From Chthoniobacteraceae bacterium (GTDB lineage: Bacteria; Verrucomicrobiota; Verrucomicrobiia; Chthoniobacterales; Chthoniobacteraceae), in the NCBI GenBank assembly GCA_031409655.1, contig JANNXQ010000053.1, positions 1 through 45,492 of the forward strand: 45,492 nt of DNA, in the 5' to 3' direction. This document shows, piece after piece, positions 17,669 to 27,221 of the stretch. Numbering within the stretch: the first letter of the stretch is position 1; each line of letters begins with the position of its first letter. The notes below the pieces were generated by a model, which searched no databases, was not told where the DNA came from, and saw only the letters and a list, made by a program, of their open reading frames with translations. The position numbers and the translations under genes were made by a program.

Positions 17669-20600
17669 CTACTTCGGCAGCGCGCGGAGTTCAGCGGCGC
17701 GGGCGCCGAGATTGCCGTAGCGGTGGTAGTCGTGGCTGATGCTTTGCTCGCGCAGAGACCAGAGGAGTTCGAGCCGCCCTTCGCGGAGGACCGGCGCATC
17801 GGCGAGATACACTCCCGACTCTGCGGCTGCCGATCGGAGCTCGGCCGCCACCCGATCCGAGGCGGCGAAACGCACCCGCTCGACTTCGCCAGCACGAATC
17901 GCGGCGCCGAGTTGCGCGGTGCTTTCCTCAATGAATTCGATATCGCCCGCCCAGGAATCCGTGAGTTCGTCGAGCGTGCGGACTGCCGGATGCTCCTCGT
18001 TGGCCGCTGAACTCACGATCACGCGGCAGCCCGCAGCGCGAGCGGCACCGGCGCGGGCGAATATCTCAAAGAACGAATCTCGTGGGTCGATGCGCACGCG
18101 CACCTCGCGGAACGGCAAGTAGCGGCGGCGATTGTCCTGCCCGAGGAGACGGAAGTGATCGTGCTCGCAGAGAAACTCGCAGCGTGCGGCTGCGTCGTAA
18201 CTGGTGAGAGCGTTGATGACGTCTGCGCCATCGGGCAGGTCGGCGATGCGCGCGGCGAGTTCGGCGAGTTGAGGATGAGCGATCGGAGCGTCGACGCGCG
18301 TCACTGCACGATCGGTGAATCGCATGAACTGTGCGACGTAGTTTGGCCCGCCCGCTTTCATGCCCGGTCCGAAACAGGAACGACCCATCCCGCCGAAAGG
18401 CTGACGCAGAACGATCGCGCCGGTGGTCGGGCGGTTGATGTAGAGATTGCCGGCGCGGATGCCGGCGAGCCACTGCGCCTGTTCGCGGTCGTCGAGTGAT
18501 TCGAGGCCGGAGGTGAGGCCATAGCCCGTCGCGTTCACGAGCGCGATAGCCTCGGCGAGCGTGGTGAAACGCATTACGCCGAGCAACGGACCGAAGAGTT
18601 CCGTGAGGTGCATGAAGCTCCCGGGTTGCACGCCCCACTTCACGCCAGGCGACCAGAGATTCGGATTCGCGCCGATCTGCCGCGGCTCCACGAGCCAGCT
18701 TTCGCCGGGGTCCAGAGTGCGCAGCCCGCGCAAAAGTTCGCCAGTGGGCGGACGGATCAGCGGCCCGATCCGCGTGCGCAATTCCCACGCCGAGCCGACG
18801 TGCAGACTCTCGACAGCATCGCGCAACGTGCGTTGGAAATCGGCGTCGTCGCACACTTCCGCTTCGAGCAGGAGCAAGGAAGTGGCGGAGCACTTCTGCC
18901 CGCTGTGCGAGAAGGCGGAGTGCAGCACGTGCTTGATCGCCTGCTCGCGGTCGCTCAGCGCGGTGACGATCGTCGCATTCTTCCCGCCCGTCTCCGCGAA
19001 AAGCCGCATCTCGGGTCGGGCGCGCAGCATCCGCAGCGCGGTCGAGGTGCCGCCGGTGAGAATCACCGCATCGACCTCGGGATGCGTGGCCAATCGCTCG
19101 CCGGCGCCGGAGCCGGGGCAGGGGAGAAACTGCAGCGCTGTCCGCGGCACACCGCCGCGCCAGAAGCACTGGCAGAGTTCCCAAGCAATGAGCGCAGTGT
19201 CGCTCGCGGGCTTGAGGATCACCGTGTTTCCCGCCGCGAGCGCTGCGGCGATTCCGCCACATGGGATGGCGATCGGGAAATTCCACGGCGGCACGACGAC
19301 GACGACTCCGCACCCTCGGGCTTCGACCGTCGGCAACTCAAAGAACATGCGCGCGGATGCTCGATAGAACTCCACGAAGTCCACTGCCTCCGAGACTTCC
19401 AGGTCCGACTCCGTGAGAATCTTCCCGCCATTCGCGAGCGCCGCCGCCAGCAAGCGGCCTCGAGCTTTACGCAATTCTGCCGCGACGCGCCCGAGGATTG
19501 CCGATCGCTCATCCACGCTGGCGCTGCGCCAGCCGTCGGGATCGCGCCGCGCGCAATCCACGGCGGCCTCCACGTCTGCATCCGTGGCGAGTGTAAAGCG
19601 CGTGATTTCGAAGCCGGGTCGCGATGGGTCGAGCGAGACGATGGCGCGGGACGAAGCATCAACGGAATCGTTGAGTGGACGAAATTCTGTTCCGCAGATG
19701 GCCGCTGCCCATTCGCCGTTTTTTGGGAGGGAGAAATCTGTGTCCGGCTCGTTCTCGAAGGCATCCCACTTCATCTCGGCGCGGGCTTCGGTGGTTGCGG
19801 GTTGCCTCCGGTCCTGAGTTCGGCGGGGTGTGTCAGTGAGCGGAATCTCAAAGGCCCTCCGGAAGCCTTGCTCCAGCGCCTCCCATTCCGGCGTGCCGAC
19901 TTTCAGCTTGAAGGCGTGGCGCAGGAAATTGTCGGGGCCGGTGTTCTCGTCGAGTCGCCGGATGAGGTAGCCGATCGCATGGAGAAACTCGCGCTTCCGA
20001 CAGGCCGGCGCGTAGAGGAGCAGATTCCGGGAGTGCTCGAAGAGCGCGCGCCGCTGATGATTCGCCATGCCTTCGAGCATCTCGAATTGCACCCGCGGCC
20101 CGGCATCTGCGCCCGCCGCGAGGACGAGCCCGAAGGCGACATCGAACAAGTTGTGCGAGGCCACACCCACGCAGACGGCGGACAGATTTTCCGGCGTGAT
20201 CCCCGCCGCGAGCATCCGTTTGTAGTTCGCATCGGTCTCCGCCTTCGTCTGGAAAGGCGCCTGCGGCCAGTCGCGCAACGATGCCTCGACGCGCTCCATC
20301 TCCAGGTTTGCGCCCTTTACGATCCGCACCGTCACCGAGCTGCCGCCGCACGCGACCCGAGCGCGCGCCCAGGCGTGGATCTCCGCGAGCACGCGGGCGG
20401 AATCCGGCAGATAGGCCTGCAGCGCGATCCCCGCATTCACGGCCTCAAGTCCGGGGCGATCGAGGGTACGCATGAAGGCTTCGGCGGTCAGGCGCATATC
20501 GCGATATTCCTCCATGTCGAGGTAGATGAACTTGGGCACGCTCGTGCCGTCGGCGCGGGTGAAGCGCAATGGCGCGGCCTCGCGGTAGAGCCCTTCGAGG

Positions 20601-21202
20601 CGGTCGCAGAGCACCTGCACGGTGGGCTCGCGGGCGATGGCGGAGATCTGCGAATAGAGCGTCGAGATTTTCACCGAGAGGCACTCGATCTCCGGCAGTC
20701 GCAAGGCTGCGCGATACTGCTCCATCCGGCGCGCGGCCTCGCCTTCGCCGAGCAGCGATTCGCCGAGGAAGTTCACATTCATCCGCAGGCCCTCCCCGAT
20801 CCGCGCGCGCAGATGCTCGGTGAGGACTTCCGGTTCGGCGGGGAGCACGACATTCGCCGTCTCGTGCTGCATGTGTTCCTTCACGAGCGGCACGGAGACG
20901 CTGGGCAGCCAGCCGCCGAAGGTCTGGAATCCGCGGAGCAGCGCGCGATCGAGCGGACTGAAAATGCGCGGCACGCCTTGCACGTCGAGGATGTGCGTGA
21001 ATTGATCGGCGATGCGCGCCGGGGCGCTGGCGCGGAAGGCTTGGTCGGTCAGTTGCACGAGCGTCGCCTTGTCCGCGGGCGTTTGCAGCATGCGGTCGAG
21101 TTCCGCCTGCTGCCGGCGCTCGGCGGGCGTCTGCAATTGCGTCGCGCGCTCCTGCAACGCGCGGGCCAGCGCGATGGCCTGGTCGATCAACGCGTTGTCC
21201 AT
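17669..21202 (-). CDS. putA: Bifunctional proline dehydrogenase / P5C dehydrogenase
   Basis: PRODH motifs (DMEEY, RIVKGAN, ASHN, RRLDEN) and ALDH motifs (PWNFP, AETGGKN, GQKCSA, ELFGP). Confidence 0.95.
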   Translation of the reverse strand: MDNALIDQAIALARALQERATQLQTPAERRQQAELDRMLQTPADKATLVQLTDQAFRASAPARIADQFTHILDVQGVPRIFSPLDRALLRGFQTFGGWLPSVSVPLVKEHMQHETANVVLPAEPEVLTEHLRARIGEGLRMNVNFLGESLLGEGEAARRMEQYRAALRLPEIECLSVKISTLYSQISAIAREPTVQVLCDRLEGLYREAAPLRFTRADGTSVPKFIYLDMEEYRDMRLTAEAFMRTLDRPGLEAVNAGIALQAYLPDSARVLAEIHAWARARVACGGSSVTVRIVKGANLEMERVEASLRDWPQAPFQTKAETDANYKRMLAAGITPENLSAVCVGVASHNLFDVAFGLVLAAGADAGPRVQFEMLEGMANHQRRALFEHSRNLLLYAPACRKREFLHAIGYLIRRLDENTGPDNFLRHAFKLKVGTPEWEALEQGFRRAFEIPLTDTPRRTQDRRQPATTEARAEMKWDAFENEPDTDFSLPKNGEWAAAICGTEFRPLNDSVDASSRAIVSLDPSRPGFEITRFTLATDADVEAAVDCARRDPDGWRSASVDERSAILGRVAAELRKARGRLLAAALANGGKILTESDLEVSEAVDFVEFYRASARMFFELPTVEARGCGVVVVVPPWNFPIAIPCGGIAAALAAGNTVILKPASDTALIAWELCQCFWRGGVPRTALQFLPCPGSGAGERLATHPEVDAVILTGGTSTALRMLRARPEMRLFAETGGKNATIVTALSDREQAIKHVLHSAFSHSGQKCSATSLLLLEAEVCDDADFQRTLRDAVESLHVGSAWELRTRIGPLIRPPTGELLRGLRTLDPGESWLVEPRQIGANPNLWSPGVKWGVQPGSFMHLTELFGPLLGVMRFTTLAEAIALVNATGYGLTSGLESLDDREQAQWLAGIRAGNLYINRPTTGAIVLRQPFGGMGRSCFGPGMKAGGPNYVAQFMRFTDRAVTRVDAPIAHPQLAELAARIADLPDGADVINALTSYDAAARCEFLCEHDHFRLLGQDNRRRYLPFREVRVRIDPRDSFFEIFARAGAARAAGCRVIVSSAANEEHPAVRTLDELTDSWAGDIEFIEESTAQLGAAIRAGEVERVRFAASDRVAAELRSAAAESGVYLADAPVLREGRLELLWSLREQSISHDYHRYGNLGARAAELRALPK

Positions 21203-21218
21203 GGCGCGCGGCGCGGCG

Positions 21219-22403
21219 TTAGAAACCGAGCGACTTTTTCACGTCGGCGAAAGCGCGTACGGCGAATTCGAGATCTTCGCGCGAGTGCGCGGCGCTCACT
21301 TGCGTGCGGATGCGCGCGCGACCTTGCGGCACGACCGGGTAGAAAAAGCCGACGACATAGACGCCGCGTTCGAGCATTGCCTCCGCGACACGCTGCGCCA
21401 GTGAGGCTTCGCCGAGCATGATCGGAACGATGGGATGCGTGCCTGGGACGATGTTGAAGCCGAGGCTGGAGATCGCTTCGCGGAAGAAGTGTGTATTCGC
21501 CGCGAGCTTGTCGCGGAGCGCGGTGGACTCGGTCAGGAGATCCAGCGCAGCCAAAGTTCCGCCCGCGATCGCGGGCGCGAGAGTGTTGGAGAAAAGATAC
21601 GGACGTGAGCGCTGCCGGAGCAGCTCGATGATTTCGCGGCGTCCGCTCGTGTATCCACCGCTCGCGCCGCCGAGGGCCTTGCCAAGCGTGCCGGTGAGGA
21701 TGTCCACGCGATCCATCACGCCGCAGTGCTCGTGCGTGCCGCGACCGCGCGCGCCCATGAAACCGACTGCGTGCGAGTCATCGACCATGACGAGCGCGTC
21801 GTAGCGATCCGCGAGTTCACAGATGCCGCGCAGGTCCGCGACCGTGCCGTCCATGGAGAAGACGCCATCGGTCGCGATCATGCGGAAGCGCGCGCCGCTC
21901 GCGGCTTTCAACTTCTCCTCGAGATCCGTCATGTCGTTGTTGCGGTAGCGATGGCGCTGCGCTTTGCAGAGCCGGATGCCGTCGATGATCGACGCGTGAT
22001 TCAGCTCGTCCGAGATGACCGCGTCCTCCGCGCCGAGGAGCGTTTCGAAAAGGCCGCCATTCGCATCAAAGCAGGACGAGTAGAGGATCGCATCCTCGGT
22101 GCCGAGAAACTCGCTGAGCCGCGCTTCGAGTTCCTTGTGCAGCGTCTGCGTGCCGCAGATGAAACGCACGCTGGCGAGTCCATAACCCCAGCGATCCAGC
22201 GCCTCGTGCGCGGCGGCGATGATGGCCGGATGTTCCGCGAGCCCGAGGTAATTATTGGCGCACATGTTTAGGACCTCGCACCCGCCCGCGACCTGGATGC
22301 GCGCATCCTGCGGCGTGGTGATGATGCGCTCCGTCTTGAAGAGTCCGGCTTCGCGGATGCCGTTGAGTTGCGCGTTGAGGTGATTTTTAAGGGTGCCGAA
22401 CAT
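21219..22403 (-). CDS. kbl: Glycine C-acetyltransferase (2-amino-3-ketobutyrate CoA ligase)
   Basis: [25 protein letters not shown] lysine in [16 protein letters not shown]. Confidence 0.95.
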   Translation of the reverse strand: MFGTLKNHLNAQLNGIREAGLFKTERIITTPQDARIQVAGGCEVLNMCANNYLGLAEHPAIIAAAHEALDRWGYGLASVRFICGTQTLHKELEARLSEFLGTEDAILYSSCFDANGGLFETLLGAEDAVISDELNHASIIDGIRLCKAQRHRYRNNDMTDLEEKLKAASGARFRMIATDGVFSMDGTVADLRGICELADRYDALVMVDDSHAVGFMGARGRGTHEHCGVMDRVDILTGTLGKALGGASGGYTSGRREIIELLRQRSRPYLFSNTLAPAIAGGTLAALDLLTESTALRDKLAANTHFFREAISSLGFNIVPGTHPIVPIMLGEASLAQRVAEAMLERGVYVVGFFYPVVPQGRARIRTQVSAAHSREDLEFAVRAFADVKKSLGF

Positions 22404-22415
22404 GGCGTGAGAGAG

Positions 22416-23036
22416 CTATCGGACTTCGAAGACGGGCAGGGAAAGCTTCCAGTAAATGCCCGCCAGTCGCAGGCCGAGCACCAGTGTAGCACCGGCTAGC
22501 GCGGTCGCCGTCTCCGACACTCCGGCGAGATGCAATGCGGTGCAGAGTGCTGCTCCGCTGAACGCGGCCGTGGCGTAGAGGTGGATCTCGCGGCGAAAGA
22601 CGAGGGGCACTTCGCCCATGAGCACGTCGCGGAAGATGCCGCCGGCGACTCCGGTGATGACGCCGAGCAAAACGCAGACCGGTGCGGAGAAGCCGAGCGC
22701 GAGACCTTTCCGCGTGCCGATCATCGCGAAGACCGCGAGCACGAAGGCATCGGCAATGAGCAGGGCGCGGTGCGGTGGTTTTTGAAAACGCGCGCAGAGG
22801 AAAGTGAGCAGCGCGGTGCTGGTGACCGTGAGGAGGAGTTCCGGCCCGCGCAACCACATGACCGGCAGATCGCCGACGAGCAGATCGCGGAGCGTGCCGC
22901 CGCCAAAAGCCGTGACCAAAGCGAGGACCAGCACGCCGAAGAGATCTACCCGTTTTTCGCGTGCCGCGAGCACGCCGGTGATCGCGCCGACGGCGACGCC
23001 GAAGTGTTCGAGGAGGAGCGGGAGCGGGAGTTGCAT
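22416..23036 (-). CDS. UPF0126 / trimeric intracellular cation channel family membrane protein
   Basis: Two repeats with GGGTLRD and GGIFRD; about 7 TM helices. Confidence 0.9.
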   Translation of the reverse strand: MQLPLPLLLEHFGVAVGAITGVLAAREKRVDLFGVLVLALVTAFGGGTLRDLLVGDLPVMWLRGPELLLTVTSTALLTFLCARFQKPPHRALLIADAFVLAVFAMIGTRKGLALGFSAPVCVLLGVITGVAGGIFRDVLMGEVPLVFRREIHLYATAAFSGAALCTALHLAGVSETATALAGATLVLGLRLAGIYWKLSLPVFEVR

Positions 23037-23090
23037 GGAGGCGGCGGGGATTCAGCCTCGGCGTCCGGCGATGCGCAAGTCCGCGAGGGT

Positions 23091-23202
23091 GGGAGCGTCG
23101 CCATCCCGTGCGGCATAACGCCAAAGCGTAACGCTCGAATCAATGGTTGGAGAGTGGCGCTGCGCGGAACATCACTATGCCGCACGGGACGGCGGCGCTC
23201 CC
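23091..23202. repeat. REP-doublet-like inverted repeat
   Basis: 27-bp arms at 23091-23117 and 23176-23202 are reverse complements with 2 mismatches. Confidence 0.8.
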
Positions 23203-23205
23203 GGG

Positions 23206-25374
23206 TTACGTCACGTGGCGCAGGGCGTCGATGGGGTTCATCGCGGCGGCGCGGCGGGCGGGGTAGAGGCCGAAGACGACGCCGATGACGACGGAGATGC
23301 CGAAGGCAAGCGGGAGCGACCAAGGGACGATGATCGGCGTCATGGTGCGGACGGTGTCAGGTAGCGCGGCCATGGCTCGAGGGAAGGCGGAGCCGAGAAA
23401 TTTCATCGTGAGTGCGAGGATCGGTGTGCAAGCGAGGCCGCCGAGGATGCCGGTGAGGCCGCCGGCGATGGAGAGCACGATGGTCTCAACGAGAAATTGC
23501 CGCGTGATGTCGTCGCGGCGGGCGCCGATGGCGCGCCGGATGCCGATCTCGCGGGTGCGTTCGGTGACGGTGGCGAGCATGATATTCATGATGCCGATGC
23601 CGCCGACGAGCAGCGAGATGGCGGCGACGAGGCCCATCATGGCGATGAACATGAGCCGGGTGTTGCGCGCCTGTTCGAGGAGTTCGAGCGGGACGGTGAG
23701 GGTGAAATCTTCGGGCTGATGTGTCCGACCGAGGCTGCTGCGGACGATGGCTGCCGTGTCGATGACCTGATTTTGATCAGCAAGTTGCAGGGTGACGGAG
23801 GAGACGATCGGGATGCCATCCTGAGTCTTGCCGTAGAAGTCGAAGACCAGCGACCAGAGCGTGGTGATGGGGATGTAAACGTCGTCGGAAAAATCCTGGC
23901 TCTCGCGGGCGCCGGGGATTGGGGAGTCGGCGTTGCGCGCCTTGAGCACGCCGATCACCTGATAGTAGTCACCGGCGATGTGAATCGAGCGGCCAATGGG
24001 ATCTTCGTAGCCGAAGAGCGCAGCCGCCATCTTGGCGGACAGCACGCAGACCTTGGCCTTTTGCTCAAGCTCGGTGTCGGTGAGGAAATGGCCGCGCGCG
24101 ATTTCCATCCGGTTGACTTCGGTGTAGGCGGGCGTCGAACCGACGAGGCGGCCGAGGAAGTGTTTGCCGCCGTAGGAAAATTCCCGCTTCGGCACTTCGC
24201 GCACGGGGATGGTCTGCGTGATGGTGGGGACAGTGGCGGCGATATTGTCGTAGTCGCGCTTGGTGATGCCGGAGAAACGATCGCGCTTGGAACTGCCGGA
24301 CTGCGCGGTGGGCAGGGTGGTCGTGATGATGATGTTCCGCGCGCCGAGCAGGGCGATCTGCTGCTGAGCTTTGGCGCTGATCCCTTCGCCGATGGCGAGC
24401 AGCCAGATGACGCTGGCGACGCCGATGAAGATGCCGAGGATCGTGAGCAGCGAGCGCAGCGGGTGCAGGAGCAGGCTCTTCACGCCGAGCTGAAAGGTGC
24501 GAAGCAAAAGCCGCCACGAGGCGGGGGCGGCGGGTTCCGGTTCGATGTTCGATGTTCGATGTTCGACGTTCGATGGTTCACCCGCTTTCTCAGCAGAACA
24601 TCGAACATCGAACGTCGAACATCGAACATCCAACGGCCGCGTACGGACGTCGGAAAGCACCACGCCGTCGAGCAGTCTCACGACTCGCCGGGCGTGGCGG
24701 GCCACGTCTTCTTCGTGGGTCACGAGGACGATCGTTTTGCCGTCCGCGTTGAGCTTGTCGAGCACGTCGAGGACTTCCCTGGTCATGACGGTGTCGAGGT
24801 TGCCGGTGGGTTCGTCGGCGAGGATGTAGCGGGGATTATTGACGAGGCTCCGCGCGATGCCGGCGCGCTGCTGCTGGCCGCCGGAGAGTTCGAAAGGGCG
24901 ATGATCGAGGCGCGCCCCCAAGCCGACGAGGGTGGCGAGTTCGCGGCAGCGCTCGCGGCCTTCGGGGGTCACGCTGCCCTGGTAGTAAAGTGGCACCTCG
25001 ATGTTCTCGATGACGTCGAGTTGCGGGATGAGATTGTAGCTTTGAAAAACGAAGCCGATGCGCGACGCGCGAATGGAAGCGAGGCGATCGTCGTCGAGGT
25101 GCGCGACATTGTCTTCGCCGAGGAAGAACTCGCCGCTGGTCGGCTTGTCGAGGCAGCCGAGGAGATTGAGCAGCGTGCTTTTTCCCGAACCCGATGGGCC
25201 CATGATCGCGATGTAGTCGCCCTCGGGGACTTCGAGGTCGATGCCCTTGAGCACATGCACCGGCTCGGGGCCGAGGAAGTAATCCTTCCGCAAATTGCGC
25301 AGGCTGATCGCCGACTTGGTGGCCGGGCGTTCAGGCGCGTTCGGGGGAGCGGGGAGGGGAGCAGAGGAGACCAC
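23206..25374 (-). CDS. macB: MacB-type ABC transporter (fused ATPase and permease)
   Basis: GPSGSGKS, LSGGQQQR, ADEPTGNLD; periplasmic domain; GGIGIMNIML...ERTREIGIRRAIGA. Confidence 0.9.
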   Translation of the reverse strand: MVSSAPLPAPPNAPERPATKSAISLRNLRKDYFLGPEPVHVLKGIDLEVPEGDYIAIMGPSGSGKSTLLNLLGCLDKPTSGEFFLGEDNVAHLDDDRLASIRASRIGFVFQSYNLIPQLDVIENIEVPLYYQGSVTPEGRERCRELATLVGLGARLDHRPFELSGGQQQRAGIARSLVNNPRYILADEPTGNLDTVMTREVLDVLDKLNADGKTIVLVTHEEDVARHARRVVRLLDGVVLSDVRTRPLDVRCSTFDVRCSAEKAGEPSNVEHRTSNIEPEPAAPASWRLLLRTFQLGVKSLLLHPLRSLLTILGIFIGVASVIWLLAIGEGISAKAQQQIALLGARNIIITTTLPTAQSGSSKRDRFSGITKRDYDNIAATVPTITQTIPVREVPKREFSYGGKHFLGRLVGSTPAYTEVNRMEIARGHFLTDTELEQKAKVCVLSAKMAAALFGYEDPIGRSIHIAGDYYQVIGVLKARNADSPIPGARESQDFSDDVYIPITTLWSLVFDFYGKTQDGIPIVSSVTLQLADQNQVIDTAAIVRSSLGRTHQPEDFTLTVPLELLEQARNTRLMFIAMMGLVAAISLLVGGIGIMNIMLATVTERTREIGIRRAIGARRDDITRQFLVETIVLSIAGGLTGILGGLACTPILALTMKFLGSAFPRAMAALPDTVRTMTPIIVPWSLPLAFGISVVIGVVFGLYPARRAAAMNPIDALRHVT
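24540..24634. repeat. Palindromic heptamer repeat (GTTCGAT)5...(ATCGAAC)5 inside macB
   Basis: Read directly; the variant unit GTTCGAC/GTCGAAC is present in both arms. Confidence 0.9.
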
Positions 25375-25410
25375 GGGCTAGAGAAAGTTTGCGGCGGAGC
25401 GCGCCGCCCT

Positions 25411-25531
25411 GGGATCGCCGCCGTCCTCGTGCGGCTGTCTATTCTTCGCGCAGCGCATCCCTCCTCGCTGGAGATTGAAAAGATGGCGCTGCACGGATGG
25501 GACGATGCCGCACGGGGACGGCGGCGCTCCC
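25411..25531. repeat. REP-doublet-like inverted repeat, second copy
   Basis: Arms at 25411-25435 and 25507-25531; same family and orientation as 23091-23202. Confidence 0.8.
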
Positions 25532-25541
25532 GGGACGGCGC

Positions 25542-27221
25542 TCACGGCTTCGCGAGGACCGGCCGAACCGAGGCGCCGTTGCTCGGCTTTTTCAACTTCT
25601 TCTTCTCGGTCTTCGGTACGGAGTCGGGGCCATTTGGATCGGAAGAACCGCGGCTCTCATCCGAGCGTGAGGAGGTCTTGCGGACTTTCGGTTCCGGATG
25701 CGGCGCCACTTCGGGGAGGTCGGCGAGTTCTTTCGCCGGCTTTGGTTTGGCCGCGGGCAGCGAGACGTATTCCTCGTAATTCTGCGGCGCGAGGACGACC
25801 AACTGTCCGGGATGGAGCCCGTCTTCGATGATCACGGACTTGTCGTTGGCGAGGCCGACGGCGACCTCGTGGGCGTTGATGGTGCCGTCTTCTCCCGTGA
25901 CGATGCAGAAGAAACGGTCGTCGCGCTGGATCACGGCTTGCAGCGGGACTTGGACGGCTTGGTCCACGGTGTGGATCTGGATGGCGGCTTGGGCGGTCAT
26001 CCCGGCGCGGAGGCCATCTGGCGGATCGTGGATTTCGATGATCGAACTGTATTCCTTGAGGGTGCTGTAGGGAGACGCATTCGGGAGCGGATACTCGCCG
26101 ACTTCGCGGACCGTGCCGACGAGTTCCATGTCTGGAAATGCGTCCACCTTGATCTTCACCTGCATGGCGGTCTTCACCTTGTCCACGCGGGATTCATTGA
26201 CCCGGGCGGAGACTTGCATGCGCTTCGGATCGGGAAGCCGGACGATGAGTTGGCGTTCCCGGACGAGCTTGCCTTCCGCGATCGCTGCTTCGCCGGTGGT
26301 GTTTCCGCGCGTCTCGGTGGCATAGACCACCTGGCCTGAGGTCGGCGCGGTGATTACGCATTTCGCGATCTGCGCCTCCACTTGGATGAGCTTCTCGGAA
26401 TCGAGACTGTGGCTGTTTTGGCGCGCGGCGAGGCGGGCCTCGGCGGTCTCCACGTCGGAGCGGAGTTTGTTGAGCGCCTTTTGTTTGGTGAAACGGTTGA
26501 GCACTTCGAGCTTCGTCTTCGCGCTATCGAGTTCCTTGCGGGCTTTCTCCACTGCGAAACGATCCGCTTCGAGCTGCACTTCCGTGACGTAGCCGCGGGA
26601 GGCGAGCCGCTCGCTGTAGCGGAGATACTCCTCCGCCCGGCGGAGATTTTCCTTGGCCACGAACTCGTCGCTTTCCATGGCCTGCTCCTCCTGGCGGAAA
26701 GTGCCCGATTCATACTCCTGCAGGGCGAGCTTGGCGGTCTCAACGTCGGACTGCGCTTCGACCATGAGTGCGCGGCTGCTATTGGCGCCGATCTGCTGCT
26801 GGACGAGATCGGCCTGGAGCGCGGAGTCGTCGAGCTTCACGAGGAAGTCGCCCTGCTCCACGTACTTCCCCTCGGGCACGATCTCGATGATGGCGGTGCC
26901 GGCCGAGCCGCGACCTTGCACTTCGCAGCGCACCTCCACGTTGCTGGAGCTTTCGATTTCACCGCGCTCGACCACTTCCTGGAGAAAGGAGGTGCTGACC
27001 ACCGGCGCCGTGACCGGAGGTGCGTCCCCTTCGCTCCAAGTCTGGCCCTTCGGTTTCCGCTTGGCGAAAAATGAGCTGCCGACTCCCAGAAGCAGCGCCA
27101 GCACGATGGCCGCGCGCACGCCTCGGCGGCGGTGCCAGACTGGCCCGGCGGGCGGATGCTGCGGTGAGGCATCGTTGGTTTTCACGGTGTCAGGGACACG
27201 GACATGCAGGACTTCGGCCAT
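25542..27221 (-). CDS. Efflux periplasmic adaptor (MacA/HlyD-like)
   Basis: N-terminal TM, lipoyl halves (EGKYVEQGDFLVKLD; ITAPTSGQVV), long coiled coil, LRAGMTA. Confidence 0.9.
   Translation of the reverse strand: MAEVLHVRVPDTVKTNDASPQHPPAGPVWHRRRGVRAAIVLALLLGVGSSFFAKRKPKGQTWSEGDAPPVTAPVVSTSFLQEVVERGEIESSSNVEVRCEVQGRGSAGTAIIEIVPEGKYVEQGDFLVKLDDSALQADLVQQQIGANSSRALMVEAQSDVETAKLALQEYESGTFRQEEQAMESDEFVAKENLRRAEEYLRYSERLASRGYVTEVQLEADRFAVEKARKELDSAKTKLEVLNRFTKQKALNKLRSDVETAEARLAARQNSHSLDSEKLIQVEAQIAKCVITAPTSGQVVYATETRGNTTGEAAIAEGKLVRERQLIVRLPDPKRMQVSARVNESRVDKVKTAMQVKIKVDAFPDMELVGTVREVGEYPLPNASPYSTLKEYSSIIEIHDPPDGLRAGMTAQAAIQIHTVDQAVQVPLQAVIQRDDRFFCIVTGEDGTINAHEVAVGLANDKSVIIEDGLHPGQLVVLAPQNYEEYVSLPAAKPKPAKELADLPEVAPHPEPKVRKTSSRSDESRGSSDPNGPDSVPKTEKKKLKKPSNGASVRPVLAKP

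Noticed and set aside
19660..19700. AT-richer imperfect palindrome in the putA linker
   Set aside because: Too short and degenerate to call an insertion without ortholog alignment.
23037..23205. Possible glycine riboswitch upstream of UPF0126-kbl
   Set aside because: The structure is explained by the REP-like doublet also found at 25411, and aptamer motifs are absent.
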